Assembly (NCBI GenBank): GCA_037137395.1 | Contig: JBAXKK010000002.1 | Span: 43,213-107,212 of the forward strand | DNA from: Elusimicrobiota bacterium | Lineage (GTDB): Bacteria > Elusimicrobiota > Elusimicrobia > Elusimicrobiales > UBA9959 | Direction of reading: 5' to 3' | Length of the DNA: 64,000 bases | Notes under the pieces: model-generated | Seen by the model: the letters and a program-made list of their open reading frames with translations, nothing else | Database searches by the model: none | Told to the model about the DNA's origin: nothing | Shown: in pieces, positions 1-9,277 of the stretch | How positions within the stretch are numbered: position 1 is the first letter of the stretch | Layout: each line of letters begins with the position of its first letter | Translations under genes and position numbers: made by a program

Positions 1-277
1 TTGCGTGACCGATGCCCCGAGGGCTAATGTAGAAATTGCAGCGGCCAAATCCAAAAAAATGGTAAAAGACATAGCGGCGGCCGCGGAAGCAACGCCGGTA
101 TTCACAGGAAAGATCGAAAGCAAACAAACCATCTGCCCTAAATGCGACAAACCCGCCGGTGAAGGTAAATTCTGCGGCAGTTGCGGGGCCACGCTAGCCA
201 TGCCAAAATGCCCTAAATGCGGCGCGCAGAGCCAGCGGGGAGTCAAATTCTGCGGTGAATGCGGCGGTAAGATATAA
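1..277 (+). CDS. 3' end of a double zinc-ribbon domain protein (probably starts before the window)
   Basis: Four CxxC motifs (CPKC, CGSC, CPKC, CGEC) in the C-terminal 50 aa. No convincing start in the window. Confidence 0.75.
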   Translation, partial: CVTDAPRANVEIAAAKSKKMVKDIAAAAEATPVFTGKIESKQTICPKCDKPAGEGKFCGSCGATLAMPKCPKCGAQSQRGVKFCGECGGKI

Positions 278-280
278 AGA

Positions 281-511
281 TTAACCTGAATCCTGCAGTT
301 GAAGATAGATTTTCCGCCACACAGCTTCGTCGGACCCGCCGGATTGTATTGGCGGGTATTGGGAAATCCGGGAACAGAATTATTCTGCAGGATTCCCCGC
401 ACAGCGGGCTGAAGGCCCAGCGCTATGCGCGCCCGGCCCGAAGAGGTGTATACCTCCCGAATGGGCGCCCGCTACGCGGGCGGAAAGTTGCAACTGCAAC
501 TTTCAGGTTAA
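281..511. mobile_element. MITE-like structured element, copy 1
   Basis: Bounded by TTAACCTGAA...TTCAGGTTAA. Aligns by eye to the reverse complement of 25400-25585 and contains several GC-rich hairpins. Confidence 0.7.
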
Positions 512-520
512 TACCGATTA

Positions 521-557
521 AAAAGCCCCGGTTTACCGCCGGGGTCTTTTATTTTTA
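521..557 (+). terminator. Intrinsic terminator
   Basis: AAAAG-CCCCGG-tttaccg-CCGGGG-t-CTTTT followed by a T-rich tail. Confidence 0.65.
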
Positions 558-581
558 TAAAATCCTCATACGGTTCAGCAT

Positions 582-1457
582 ATGTTTATAAGAAAAAACT
601 TCACGCGCCTAAATATCATTAAAACTCTGGCTGCGCTTACCGCGTCGATCGTCCTGGCGTCCGCCGCGTATATTTTCTGGCTGCCGGATGTCGCCCCCCT
701 CAAAAAAAAGAACCCCGCCGTCACCGCTTATATGCTGATAAAAGAGCGCCAGGCCGCGGCCGCCGGTAAAAAATTGGGCCGCAACCTTGTCTGGACGGGC
801 TGGGATGACATCTCGGAAAATTTGAAGCACGCCGTCCTGGTGGCGGAGGACGACACTTTTTACCGGCATAAAGGCGTTGAGTGGGAAAGCATGCGCCGCG
901 CGTTAAAGACCGACTGGAAAACAAGGACTCTCGCTAAGGGCGGCAGCACCATAACCCAGCAAGTGGCCAAGAATCTCTATTTGTCTCCGTCAAAGAATCC
1001 GCTGCGCAAAATTAAGGAGATCTTGATCGCCAAGAGGCTTGAACGCGCGCTTGGAAAAAGGCGCATTTTCGAGATTTACCTTAATATAGCGGAATGGGGA
1101 AAGGGAATATACGGGGCGCAGGCCGCTTCACAGGCCTATTTTGGCAAAAACGCTTCGGAGCTCAGCCCCGAAGAGGCCGCAGCGCTGGCAGCCGTCCTGC
1201 CCAGCCCACGCCGCTACAGCCCGACGAAAGGCACGAAATTTATGGAAAGAAGAAAAAACCAGATAGTCGGCAGGATGCGCGCTTCCGGCTACCTGCCTGA
1301 TGAAGCTGAAGAAGCGGACCTTGATGAAACCCTGGAAACGATAACCGCGAGCACTGATACCATTACGATGCCTCAGGATCCGGCAAACACTGTCCTGAGA
1401 AACGATCCATCAGTCATTGACCGCTCAACCGCCGCGACCGAAACATCCCCCCTTTAA
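582..1457 (+). CDS. mtgA: Monofunctional peptidoglycan transglycosylase
   Basis: GT51 motifs EDDTFYRHKG, GGSTITQQVAKNL, RKIKE and IFEIYLN, plus an N-terminal TM helix. Confidence 0.9.
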   Translation: MFIRKNFTRLNIIKTLAALTASIVLASAAYIFWLPDVAPLKKKNPAVTAYMLIKERQAAAAGKKLGRNLVWTGWDDISENLKHAVLVAEDDTFYRHKGVEWESMRRALKTDWKTRTLAKGGSTITQQVAKNLYLSPSKNPLRKIKEILIAKRLERALGKRRIFEIYLNIAEWGKGIYGAQAASQAYFGKNASELSPEEAAALAAVLPSPRRYSPTKGTKFMERRKNQIVGRMRASGYLPDEAEEADLDETLETITASTDTITMPQDPANTVLRNDPSVIDRSTAATETSPL

Positions 1458-1633
1458 AACACCGCGTAGAAGAACGGGATTAACACCGGCAGTTCTCCGA
1501 CAAAAAGCAAGAAAAGTATGACAATTATGGCCATGAATACGGGTATCATGAAGTAGAGCCGCCTGTCCCTTATCATCCGATAAAATTCCCCGGCCACGCC
1601 CATCCTCTTTTCAAAACCCGGAAACAATTTCAT
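1454..1633 (-). CDS. Small membrane protein, SxtK/DUF5989-like (59 aa; missing from the ORF track)
   Basis: Hand translation MKLFPGFEKRMGVAGEFYRMIRDRRLYFMIPVFMAIIVILFLLFVGELPVLIPFFYAVF*. ATGA overlap with the carbamoyltransferase stop. The PFFYAVF ending resembles the PFIYxLF terminus of this family. Confidence 0.8.
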   Translation of the reverse strand: MKLFPGFEKRMGVAGEFYRMIRDRRLYFMIPVFMAIIVILFLLFVGELPVLIPFFYAVF

Positions 1634-3324
1634 TGCGCTCTCCTTTTACCTACCAGGAACCGGTTTATAACCAGATAGTCCATATCGGTCCGCTGGAATG
1701 AGGAGATGGCGTTCTGCGGAGTGCAGACAATCGGTTCTCCTTTTACATTAAAAGACGTGTTGAGCACGACCGGCACGCCGGTTATCCGGCCGAATTCTTT
1801 TATGAGCGAGTGGAAAGCGGGATTATCCCGTTCAGCCACGGTCTGAAGCCGCGCGCTGCCGTCGACATGAGTGACGGCGGGGATTTCCCGTATTTTTTCC
1901 GGCTTTACCGCAAATGAAAGCGTCATGAACGGGCTGTCATGACGCAGGTCGAAATACTCGGCCGCGTTTTCGGCGCAGACTGCCGGCGCGAAAGGTCTGA
2001 AAGGCTCGCGGTGTTTTACGCGCGTATTGAGTATATCCTTCATTCCGGGTATGCGAGGGTCCGCCAGGATGCTGCGGTTTCCCAGCGCGCGCGGGCCGAA
2101 CTCCATCCTACCCTGAAACCAGCCCAGTATCTTACCTTCGCTTAAAAGTTTGGCGGCGCGCGAAGAGATCTCGCCATCCGCAAGCTTTTCATAATCCACC
2201 CGGCTCTGCTTTAAAACCGCTTCCACCTGCTCGTCCGTAAAAGAAGGTCCAAGGAATGCGTTTTCCATGCGCCAACGGTTTTTACCGCCGAACAGCTGCG
2301 TGTACGCGTAAAGCGCTGCCCCCATCGAACAGCCGTCGTCGCCGGCTGCCGGCTGAATGAATATTTTTTTGATCGGGGTTTTTTCAAGGATAAGCCCATT
2401 CGTGACGCAGTTAAGCCCGCAACCGCCAGCGACGCAAAGCGTGTCCGAACTATACCTGGCGCACAACCGGCGAACGAGCTTGATCACAATATCCTCAACC
2501 GCGGCCTGCAGAGCGGCGGCCAAGTCTTCATGCTCAGGGCGAATCTCAGAGCCGGCTTCCCTGGGAGGGAAGAAGAGGGCGGAGAATTTGGGGCTGGTCA
2601 TCACCAAGTCGTAGTGGAAAGCGAAATAATCCATGTTAAGGCGGAAACTACCGTCTTCCCTGACATCGATCAGTCTGGCAAATAGCTCTTTAAAGGCCGA
2701 TGGCCTGCCGTAGGCGGCAAGACCCATCACCTTACCCTCGCCACCATTCACCTTAAAACCCAGATGGGCTGTAACCGCGCTGTAGAGCAGACCGAGCGAA
2801 TGCGGAAAGCGCAGATCCTTTTCCAGCTTTATAACTGTCCCTTCCCCGATACCGAAAGCCAGCGTGGACCATTCGCCGGTACCATCCATGGTCAATATTA
2901 TCGCGCGCTCGAAAGGCGAGGGAAGAAAAGCGCTGGCTGCATGGGCGTAATGATGGTCGGTAAAATACACCGGACCTTTGTAGCCGGTTGTTTCGCGAAT
3001 AGTCTGCGGCACGCAAAGCTTGTAATTGAGCCACATCGGCAAAAAAGCCCTGAAACTTTTATATGAGTGCGGAAACATCTCGATATGGGTTTTTATGATG
3101 CGCTCGAATTTCAGAAACGGCTTTTCATAGAACACCATAGCGTCAAGATCATTAACAGTTGTCCCCCCCTCCAAAAGACAATAATTGATGGCCCGTACCG
3201 GGAAATCTATGGAATGTTTTATGCGGATGAAGCGTTCCTCTTCCGCCGCGGCCAAGACCACGCCGTCGCGCACAAGGCACGCCGACGAATCGTGGTACAT
3301 ATAGGAAAGCCCCAATAAATTCAT
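1630..3324 (-). CDS. O-carbamoyltransferase, NodU/CmcH/TobZ family
   Basis: Motifs HDSSACL, EEERF.R.KH, DHHYAHA, DGTGE, GKVMGLAAYG, GRMEFGPRALGNRSIL and LNTSFN. Confidence 0.93.
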   Translation of the reverse strand: MNLLGLSYMYHDSSACLVRDGVVLAAAEEERFIRIKHSIDFPVRAINYCLLEGGTTVNDLDAMVFYEKPFLKFERIIKTHIEMFPHSYKSFRAFLPMWLNYKLCVPQTIRETTGYKGPVYFTDHHYAHAASAFLPSPFERAIILTMDGTGEWSTLAFGIGEGTVIKLEKDLRFPHSLGLLYSAVTAHLGFKVNGGEGKVMGLAAYGRPSAFKELFARLIDVREDGSFRLNMDYFAFHYDLVMTSPKFSALFFPPREAGSEIRPEHEDLAAALQAAVEDIVIKLVRRLCARYSSDTLCVAGGCGLNCVTNGLILEKTPIKKIFIQPAAGDDGCSMGAALYAYTQLFGGKNRWRMENAFLGPSFTDEQVEAVLKQSRVDYEKLADGEISSRAAKLLSEGKILGWFQGRMEFGPRALGNRSILADPRIPGMKDILNTRVKHREPFRPFAPAVCAENAAEYFDLRHDSPFMTLSFAVKPEKIREIPAVTHVDGSARLQTVAERDNPAFHSLIKEFGRITGVPVVLNTSFNVKGEPIVCTPQNAISSFQRTDMDYLVINRFLVGKRRAQ

Positions 3325-3687
3325 TTAGTATTGTCTCCCGAATCTTTCCCGTGTAGAGTCTTCCGGTTCCTTCTCGGTAAAAAAAGAGCCTTCGTCCGCC
3401 GCGGCCGCGCCGGCTCCCCCCGAAATCCGTACGAACAGGGCAATGGGGCCCACCGCCAGATAGTAGGTCAGGAAAATAAGGGCTCCCGTAAATCGCCTGC
3501 CCAGAAAAGAGATTACGATGCGCGCCGTGGCCAGTATGTGATTATGCACGAAATTCACAAAAAACACGAAATAGACGCGCGCGCGGGGCGGAAGAAGGAT
3601 CGCGGCGGCACAGACGATAATTGACGGAACCAAGCCCAGCCTTTTCTTGGGTTTTCCACCTTCGATGGTTATAAGCGGCTGTTGCAC
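3325..3687 (-). CDS. SxtJ-like membrane protein
   Basis: TM segments, LTYYLAVGPIAL and a C-terminal RQY (family-like xxQF/Y end). Abuts the carbamoyltransferase start. Confidence 0.65.
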   Translation of the reverse strand: MQQPLITIEGGKPKKRLGLVPSIIVCAAAILLPPRARVYFVFFVNFVHNHILATARIVISFLGRRFTGALIFLTYYLAVGPIALFVRISGGAGAAAADEGSFFTEKEPEDSTRERFGRQY

Positions 3688-3689
3688 GG

Positions 3690-4523
3690 TTATTCCTTTA
3701 GAAGTTTAGCGACTCTGGTTTTCGCGGTAGGATTTTCAAGCCAGAGACGGGTTTCGCGCTTTATCACTTCCAATTTTTCGGAAAGATACGCCCGCGCCAG
3801 CCGCTCGTATTCGGCAAAAGAGCGCTTTTCAAGCAGGAGACGCATCATCATCGCGAACATTATCTGCTGACTGCATACCACCTGCATATCTTTGGCTGTC
3901 ATTTTTATTTTGGGCTGGGGACTGATTCCCAACTCATAAAGCGTCAGTTCGGTGGAAAGCCCTTCTTCATATACCGGGTGAAGGAGCGTTATCCCGAAGG
4001 CGGCGTAAAGGGCGGAGAGTTCCGGCATGAGTATGCGTGGATTCTGCTCAGCGAATTCCTCAGCGCCCACAACCGCGCCGTCCGCGGCGTATTTTATGCC
4101 GTTCTGCAGGCAAAAGATAAGGTTGCGCCAGTGAAGCGCCGTTTTACAGTGACCGCAGGAATTCAAGATAAGAAGACCATGCTTTTTAAACGCCTGCCAA
4201 CGACCTCTCCCCTCCACTTCGGCGTAAAATTTTCCCGCAGGGATAAGGCGGTGGAAGAACTCGGACTCAGGAAACCGTTCCCTCATACGCAAAAAATGCG
4301 CGTCTGAAAACCGGCAAGCCATAAAACCGGGGCGCGAAAAAGTGTTCAGGTGGACTTTTTTAAATGTTCCGGCAAGCGTACAGGCCGCCAGCGAAGAGTC
4401 CGCCCCGCCCGAATAAAGCAGCGCGACTTCCTCGCCTGACCCGACAGGGAATCCGGCCAACACCGACGAGAAATGGACATCGGAGCCCCGTACAGGTTCT
4501 GATCCGACAACTTTGGGAGACAT
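3690..4523 (-). CDS. PP-loop (adenine nucleotide alpha-hydrolase) ATPase-like protein
   Basis: LLYSGGADSS PP-loop and a CGHC motif. Confidence 0.7.
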   Translation of the reverse strand: MSPKVVGSEPVRGSDVHFSSVLAGFPVGSGEEVALLYSGGADSSLAACTLAGTFKKVHLNTFSRPGFMACRFSDAHFLRMRERFPESEFFHRLIPAGKFYAEVEGRGRWQAFKKHGLLILNSCGHCKTALHWRNLIFCLQNGIKYAADGAVVGAEEFAEQNPRILMPELSALYAAFGITLLHPVYEEGLSTELTLYELGISPQPKIKMTAKDMQVVCSQQIMFAMMMRLLLEKRSFAEYERLARAYLSEKLEVIKRETRLWLENPTAKTRVAKLLKE

Positions 4524-4628
4524 TATCCATATGTTACAATATTAGTTGGGAACGGAAAATTACTTTAATCTTACCTTAATCTTCCGCCGCGCGGACAGCC
4601 TCGCAAAAAACAGCATACCGGAACGATC

Positions 4629-6923
4629 ATGAAACCGATAAATCACGCCGCAATAAAAACTATATTTTTTATTTTTACCTGCCTGACTACGGCTTTTCCA
4701 GGTTTTACCGGGTTCTGCCTGGGAGGACAATCCTCTTTAAATACGCAACTATGCGAAGATGTGAAGATGCCTTTTTTCAGGCCGGGGAAAAAAGAGAATG
4801 GTAGTATTATATATGAACCCGCAAGACCAGGCGCGATAGAGAACAATAATTCTTTTATTGTGCCGAAACTTCCGGGCATGAAGTATATTTTCCTGATAGG
4901 AGAATCCAACGCGGCCAGCCTGGCGCGCGGGGCGGATGGTGACACTGTTTCAAGACTGGCTAAAGCTTTGGGCCATCCGGCAAAGGCCATAAACTGCGGC
5001 ATGGCCGCGTATGATTCCGAAAGGACATATGCCGTAATGAAAGAAGTGCTGCGGTATTCTCCGGATGCGATAGTGGTCATGGTAGGCAACAGCGAGAACT
5101 TCACAGCTTGTCCCGGTATCGGACGAAGACTGAAAGAGCGGTTCTATATGGCGATGAACTATCTCGTCTGGCATCTTTCTAGCGCGGAGGTCAGAAAAAA
5201 GTTCCTTCTGGACACTCAGGCCCATTTCTTCAGGAAAATGGCGCGTCTGGCCGCCAAAAATAAAATTCCGCTTGTTTTCTGCGCCCTTCCGGCGAATCTG
5301 GCGGATTTTCCACCCAGAGGTATCCTGCCCCTAAAGAGCCCCGTTTTCGCCAGGGGTTGGGAATCCTCCGCAGAAGGCGACTACACTGCGGCAAAGCATT
5401 CCTTCGCGAAATATGTTTCACAATGGCCGAAAGACGCCATGGGTCTGTATCATCTCGGCCAGACCCTCCTGAAACTGGGAGAAACGCCGGCCGCTCTTTT
5501 CGCCCTTAAAGCGGCGGCCGATAACGATATTCAGGACAGCCGCTGCCCCGGAGCGCGTAACGAAATGATCCGCAGGACCGCGCGCGAAACAAAAACTTTA
5601 CTAGCTGATATCGAGAACCGTTTTTACAGCGCCTCGCCGACCGGTATCCCCGGAGGTGACATGTTTGATGACAGGACGCACTGGTCTCATGACTACGATA
5701 TGCTTGCGGCTTGCACCATAATGGCTCCCCTGGCGGCAGCGGAGGGCCCGTTTTCTTTTCCGGGCGGCTCCATCTGGGAAACGCCGCTATGCAAATTTGC
5801 CGCAAGCCCAAGAGCGTCGCCGCTCTCTTCAGAAGAAAAGAAACACAAAAAAACCATTCTCGCTAAGTATCTGGCATTCAACATGAACGTCCTAAGCAAT
5901 TTTAATAAATCCGAATGGCTGATAACGGAAGAAATTGTCGTTTTCATGCGGAGGATATACACCCTTGACCGGGGATATCTGCTGAAGATATCCGGCTCTC
6001 CTGAGGCGCTGGCAGCCGCGACCTACACTGCCGGTGTCAAATGGCAGAATATACCGCTAAAAAACATAAAGCGCTTCTGGCCACATTATCTCGCCCATCT
6101 GGGGGAAGCACTGCGCCGCGAAGGAGAACCCGAGCTTTCCATACTATATTTTAACAGGGCCCTCGGATCGGAACCGCAGTGCCGCGACGCTTATTTCTAT
6201 CGTGGCCTGGCCTATTTAAAAGCAGGCGATATACAAAAATCCGTCTCCGATTTCGACCGTTCGCCCATGCCACATTCCCGCGTTTCAAACATCGCGGATA
6301 TTCATGGTTTCTCGGAAAAACTAAAAACCACAGCAACCATTTACCCTCCTGGTTTTGTCCAAAAAGAACTCCGGGGCCCGAAACGAGACGGCCTAGGGAA
6401 GATGTATTATGTTTACGGCGGCACCAGAGCCCTGTCAGGAACCGACGGTTTATACCCTAAAGATCACGGGTACATCCTTTTAGGATCCACTAGCACCGAA
6501 TCCACGATGTTATTCTCGGGAGCCTACTCTTATTATGTTATCGCAGTCTACGATAACGCTATGGTCAAAGTGGATGCCCTGCAACTCTCTGACGGTACGT
6601 ATTATATCGGGGGGTTCAGCACCTCAAACGTGACCAACTGGGACAACGCGAACGGCGCGCCGGACGGCAGATTCGCCATTGTAGGAAGAAGCGGAAGGTT
6701 TCTAAACCGCGGCAGCCTGGGATACCTGCTCGCGAGCCCCGGACCTGGATCGACCAGCATCAAAATTTATGTGACTGGCAGAAAACAGGTTAACCGATTT
6801 TTAAAATTTTTACATATTACTTCAGCAGTTCTGCCAGGGCAAGTCCGTATTTTTTGGCCGGGACCGGCCCGCTGGCGGTCACAAGTTTCCCATCCACTTC
6901 CAGATCTGTGCCGGTATACCTAG
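4629..6923 (+). CDS. SGNH/GDSL-hydrolase-like protein with TPR repeats and a C-terminal beta-rich domain (3' end uncertain)
   Basis: LIGESN, INCGMAAYDS, VMVGN and DDRTHW (DxxH), plus TPR-like segments. Overlaps the convergent DJ-1 gene by 107 bp. Confidence 0.65.
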   Translation: MKPINHAAIKTIFFIFTCLTTAFPGFTGFCLGGQSSLNTQLCEDVKMPFFRPGKKENGSIIYEPARPGAIENNNSFIVPKLPGMKYIFLIGESNAASLARGADGDTVSRLAKALGHPAKAINCGMAAYDSERTYAVMKEVLRYSPDAIVVMVGNSENFTACPGIGRRLKERFYMAMNYLVWHLSSAEVRKKFLLDTQAHFFRKMARLAAKNKIPLVFCALPANLADFPPRGILPLKSPVFARGWESSAEGDYTAAKHSFAKYVSQWPKDAMGLYHLGQTLLKLGETPAALFALKAAADNDIQDSRCPGARNEMIRRTARETKTLLADIENRFYSASPTGIPGGDMFDDRTHWSHDYDMLAACTIMAPLAAAEGPFSFPGGSIWETPLCKFAASPRASPLSSEEKKHKKTILAKYLAFNMNVLSNFNKSEWLITEEIVVFMRRIYTLDRGYLLKISGSPEALAAATYTAGVKWQNIPLKNIKRFWPHYLAHLGEALRREGEPELSILYFNRALGSEPQCRDAYFYRGLAYLKAGDIQKSVSDFDRSPMPHSRVSNIADIHGFSEKLKTTATIYPPGFVQKELRGPKRDGLGKMYYVYGGTRALSGTDGLYPKDHGYILLGSTSTESTMLFSGAYSYYVIAVYDNAMVKVDALQLSDGTYYIGGFSTSNVTNWDNANGAPDGRFAIVGRSGRFLNRGSLGYLLASPGPGSTSIKIYVTGRKQVNRFLKFLHITSAVLPGQVRIFWPGPARWRSQVSHPLPDLCRYT

Positions 6924-7323
6924 CTCCCGCCTTTTTTACCTCTTCAGCCCCGTCCGGGAAACATGTTACTGTTTTCCCCGTCAAAAGTCCGGCGTGCGCC
7001 AGCACTACAGGTGAAATACAGATAGCTCCTATAAGCTTCCCTTGTGTCACCGCCCGTTGAAAAATCTTATGGACCTTTTCGTTGTCCAGGTACTCCAGAG
7101 CTCCGGGCCCGCCCACCAGGGTCAAAGCGTCGTAATCGGCTGGGTTTATTTCATCAATGATATAGTCCACCTGGGCCGTGACACGAAATTTCCCCCGCGC
7201 CAAACCTATGGCGGTGGAAACCGTGTCCACTTTGATGCCGGCAGCCTCAAGGGCCTTTTTGGGCTCGGTATATTCCTCATCCCGAAACCCCTGAAAAGCA
7301 ATAAACATCGCTGCTTTTTTCAT
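6817..7323 (-). CDS. DJ-1/PfpI family protein
   Basis: GFRDEE, YDAL.LVGG and GAICISP with the nucleophilic Cys. Confidence 0.9.
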   Translation of the reverse strand: MKKAAMFIAFQGFRDEEYTEPKKALEAAGIKVDTVSTAIGLARGKFRVTAQVDYIIDEINPADYDALTLVGGPGALEYLDNEKVHKIFQRAVTQGKLIGAICISPVVLAHAGLLTGKTVTCFPDGAEEVKKAGARYTGTDLEVDGKLVTASGPVPAKKYGLALAELLK

Positions 7324-7514
7324 ATTATCTCCCATTTGCGGATACCGGCAAATAGATATCTCCTACCCTTTTCCACATCCCTATAACCGGCTTTAATAGG
7401 AGTATAATATTTATTTATGGGGGTATTCTTGCCGAAGCGTTATTATTTTGTTAAATTCTATAAAAGGACTTCCGCATTCAAGTTACTCCATAAACGAAAG
7501 CCCTCGGAGAAAAC

Positions 7515-8633
7515 ATGACTACCGCTGCTGCCGTAAGAAAAACAGTCTTAAACGAGACCATGAGCAAGGCCGGGGGCAAAATGGTGGATTTCCACGGCTG
7601 GGAACTACCTATACAGTTTGAAGGCATCCTGAAGGAGCACGCCGCCGTCCGGAACTCCGCCGGCATCTTCGATGTTTCCCACATGGGTCAGGTATTCGTC
7701 ACAGGCCCTGACAGCTTTAAACTACTGCAGAAGACCAACGCCAACGATCTGCGCAAGGCCACGGTTGGAAAGGGCGTCTATTCCCACCTGCTGAACGAGA
7801 ATGGCGGCCTGGTGGACGACATTATAGCTTTCTGCCTGGCGCTCAACCGCTATCTGGTTATAGTCAACGCCACCACCAGCACTAAAGATTTTAACTGGCT
7901 CTCCGCAAAAGCCGCCAAAATGAATGTCACGGTAGAAAACAAGAGCGATGATTATTCCATGGTAGCAGTGCAGGGCCCCAATGTACCTAAAATGATGGAA
8001 ATATTTGCTCCGGAAGCCGTAAAATTGCCGCGCTTCGGCATTGTTGAAAAGAAACTTTTCGGCGCAGACTGCTTCATCAGCCGCACCGGCTACACCGGCG
8101 AGGATGGCTTTGAGATTACCGCCCCCCACTCCGTGATAATCAATATCTGGAACAAGATGATGGAGCTGGGTAAACCCTACAATATTGTTCCCTGCGGCCT
8201 GGGCGCGCGCGACACGCTGCGCCTCGAATCCGGCTATCTCCTTTACGGACAGGATGTGGACGATGACCACACAACCTACGAGTCTAATTACGGCTGGGTG
8301 GTAGCCATGGATAAAGGCGACTTTACGGCTAAAGACATTCTACTAAAGCAAAAAGCTGAAGGCCTGAATAGGAAACTGACAGGTCTAACGCTCACAGCTG
8401 GCGGCGTACCCAGGCCCGGCTGCAAAGTTTTCAAGGACGGAAAAGAACTGGGCCAGCTTGCCAGCGCCACTTATTCCCCCACGCTCAAAAAAGGTATAGG
8501 CGTGGGATACCTGTCCGCCCCTGACCTCAAACCCGGGGAACCTCTGGAGGTGGAGATCCACGGCAAGCGCGTCCCGGCGATTGTGGCAAAAGTTCCCTTC
8601 CACAAGGGCACGGCTTTTACTTTCAAACTGTAG
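7515..8633 (+). CDS. gcvT: Glycine cleavage aminomethyltransferase T
   Basis: FDVSHMG, SRTGYTGEDGFE and GLGARDTLRLE. Confidence 0.95.
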   Translation: MTTAAAVRKTVLNETMSKAGGKMVDFHGWELPIQFEGILKEHAAVRNSAGIFDVSHMGQVFVTGPDSFKLLQKTNANDLRKATVGKGVYSHLLNENGGLVDDIIAFCLALNRYLVIVNATTSTKDFNWLSAKAAKMNVTVENKSDDYSMVAVQGPNVPKMMEIFAPEAVKLPRFGIVEKKLFGADCFISRTGYTGEDGFEITAPHSVIINIWNKMMELGKPYNIVPCGLGARDTLRLESGYLLYGQDVDDDHTTYESNYGWVVAMDKGDFTAKDILLKQKAEGLNRKLTGLTLTAGGVPRPGCKVFKDGKELGQLASATYSPTLKKGIGVGYLSAPDLKPGEPLEVEIHGKRVPAIVAKVPFHKGTAFTFKL

Positions 8634-8684
8634 CGCGACATACAAAACTTAGTTTCATTCAACTAGCCAGGAGATAATAAAAAT

Positions 8685-9074
8685 ATGCCTAAACAGGAAG
8701 AAGCGAAGTATACAAAAACGCATGAATGGATTTTAGTACAGGGGCAGGAAGCCACCGTGGGGCTGTCCGACCACGCCCAGCACGAGATGGGCGATATAGT
8801 GTTTGTGGAACTGCCAAAATCCGCACAGAAGGTTGAAAAGGAAAAGCCCTGCGCCGTGGTAGAATCGGTCAAGTCAGCCTTTGATATATACGCCCCCGTT
8901 TCCGGCCAGATTTCGGCCTTAAACGACGAAGTCACCAAGGATCCCGCCCTGATAAACCAATCTCCCATGGATAAAGCGTGGCTTTTCAAAATACAACTTT
9001 CTGACACCGATCAGGTCAAAGATCTGATGGACTGGCCCGCCTACCAGGAATTCATAAAGCAGGCAGCGCATTAG
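8685..9074 (+). CDS. gcvH: Glycine cleavage H protein
   Basis: THEW, GDIVFVELP and lipoyl-Lys motif VESVKS. Confidence 0.95.
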   Translation: MPKQEEAKYTKTHEWILVQGQEATVGLSDHAQHEMGDIVFVELPKSAQKVEKEKPCAVVESVKSAFDIYAPVSGQISALNDEVTKDPALINQSPMDKAWLFKIQLSDTDQVKDLMDWPAYQEFIKQAAH

Positions 9075-9096
9075 GACAGCGCTAAAGCGCTGTCCT

Positions 9097-9248
9097 GCCA
9101 TATGCCATAAGCTATAGGCCATACGCGGAAAGTACAATTATACGCCTTAAGCTTTATCGTATTATGAAGCGCATCATTGAAAGTCCTTTTACTACTTAAA
9201 TTTTAAGTTTCTGCGTATGGCCTATAGCGTATAGCTTATGGCAATAGC
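9097..9248. repeat. Inverted heptamer arrays, GCCATAN family
   Basis: gccataagctataggccatacgcggaa ... ttctgcgtatggcctatagcgtatagcttatggc. A perfect hairpin aggacagcgc-taaa-gcgctgtcct precedes it at 9073-9096. Confidence 0.8.
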
Positions 9249-9277
9249 AATAACCACACTAACTACAGGACCAAATT

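Noticed and set aside
349..591. 80-aa ORF
   Set aside because: It lies across the MITE-like element and terminator, starts with TTG and has no protein-like features.
1454..3687. Saxitoxin biosynthesis cluster
   Set aside because: Only sxtI/J/K-like genes are present; there is no sxtA, sxtG or other core gene.
7336..7514. Glycine riboswitch before gcvT
   Set aside because: The region is AT-rich and I see no GGAGA...CCGAAG...CUCUCAGG aptamer pattern.
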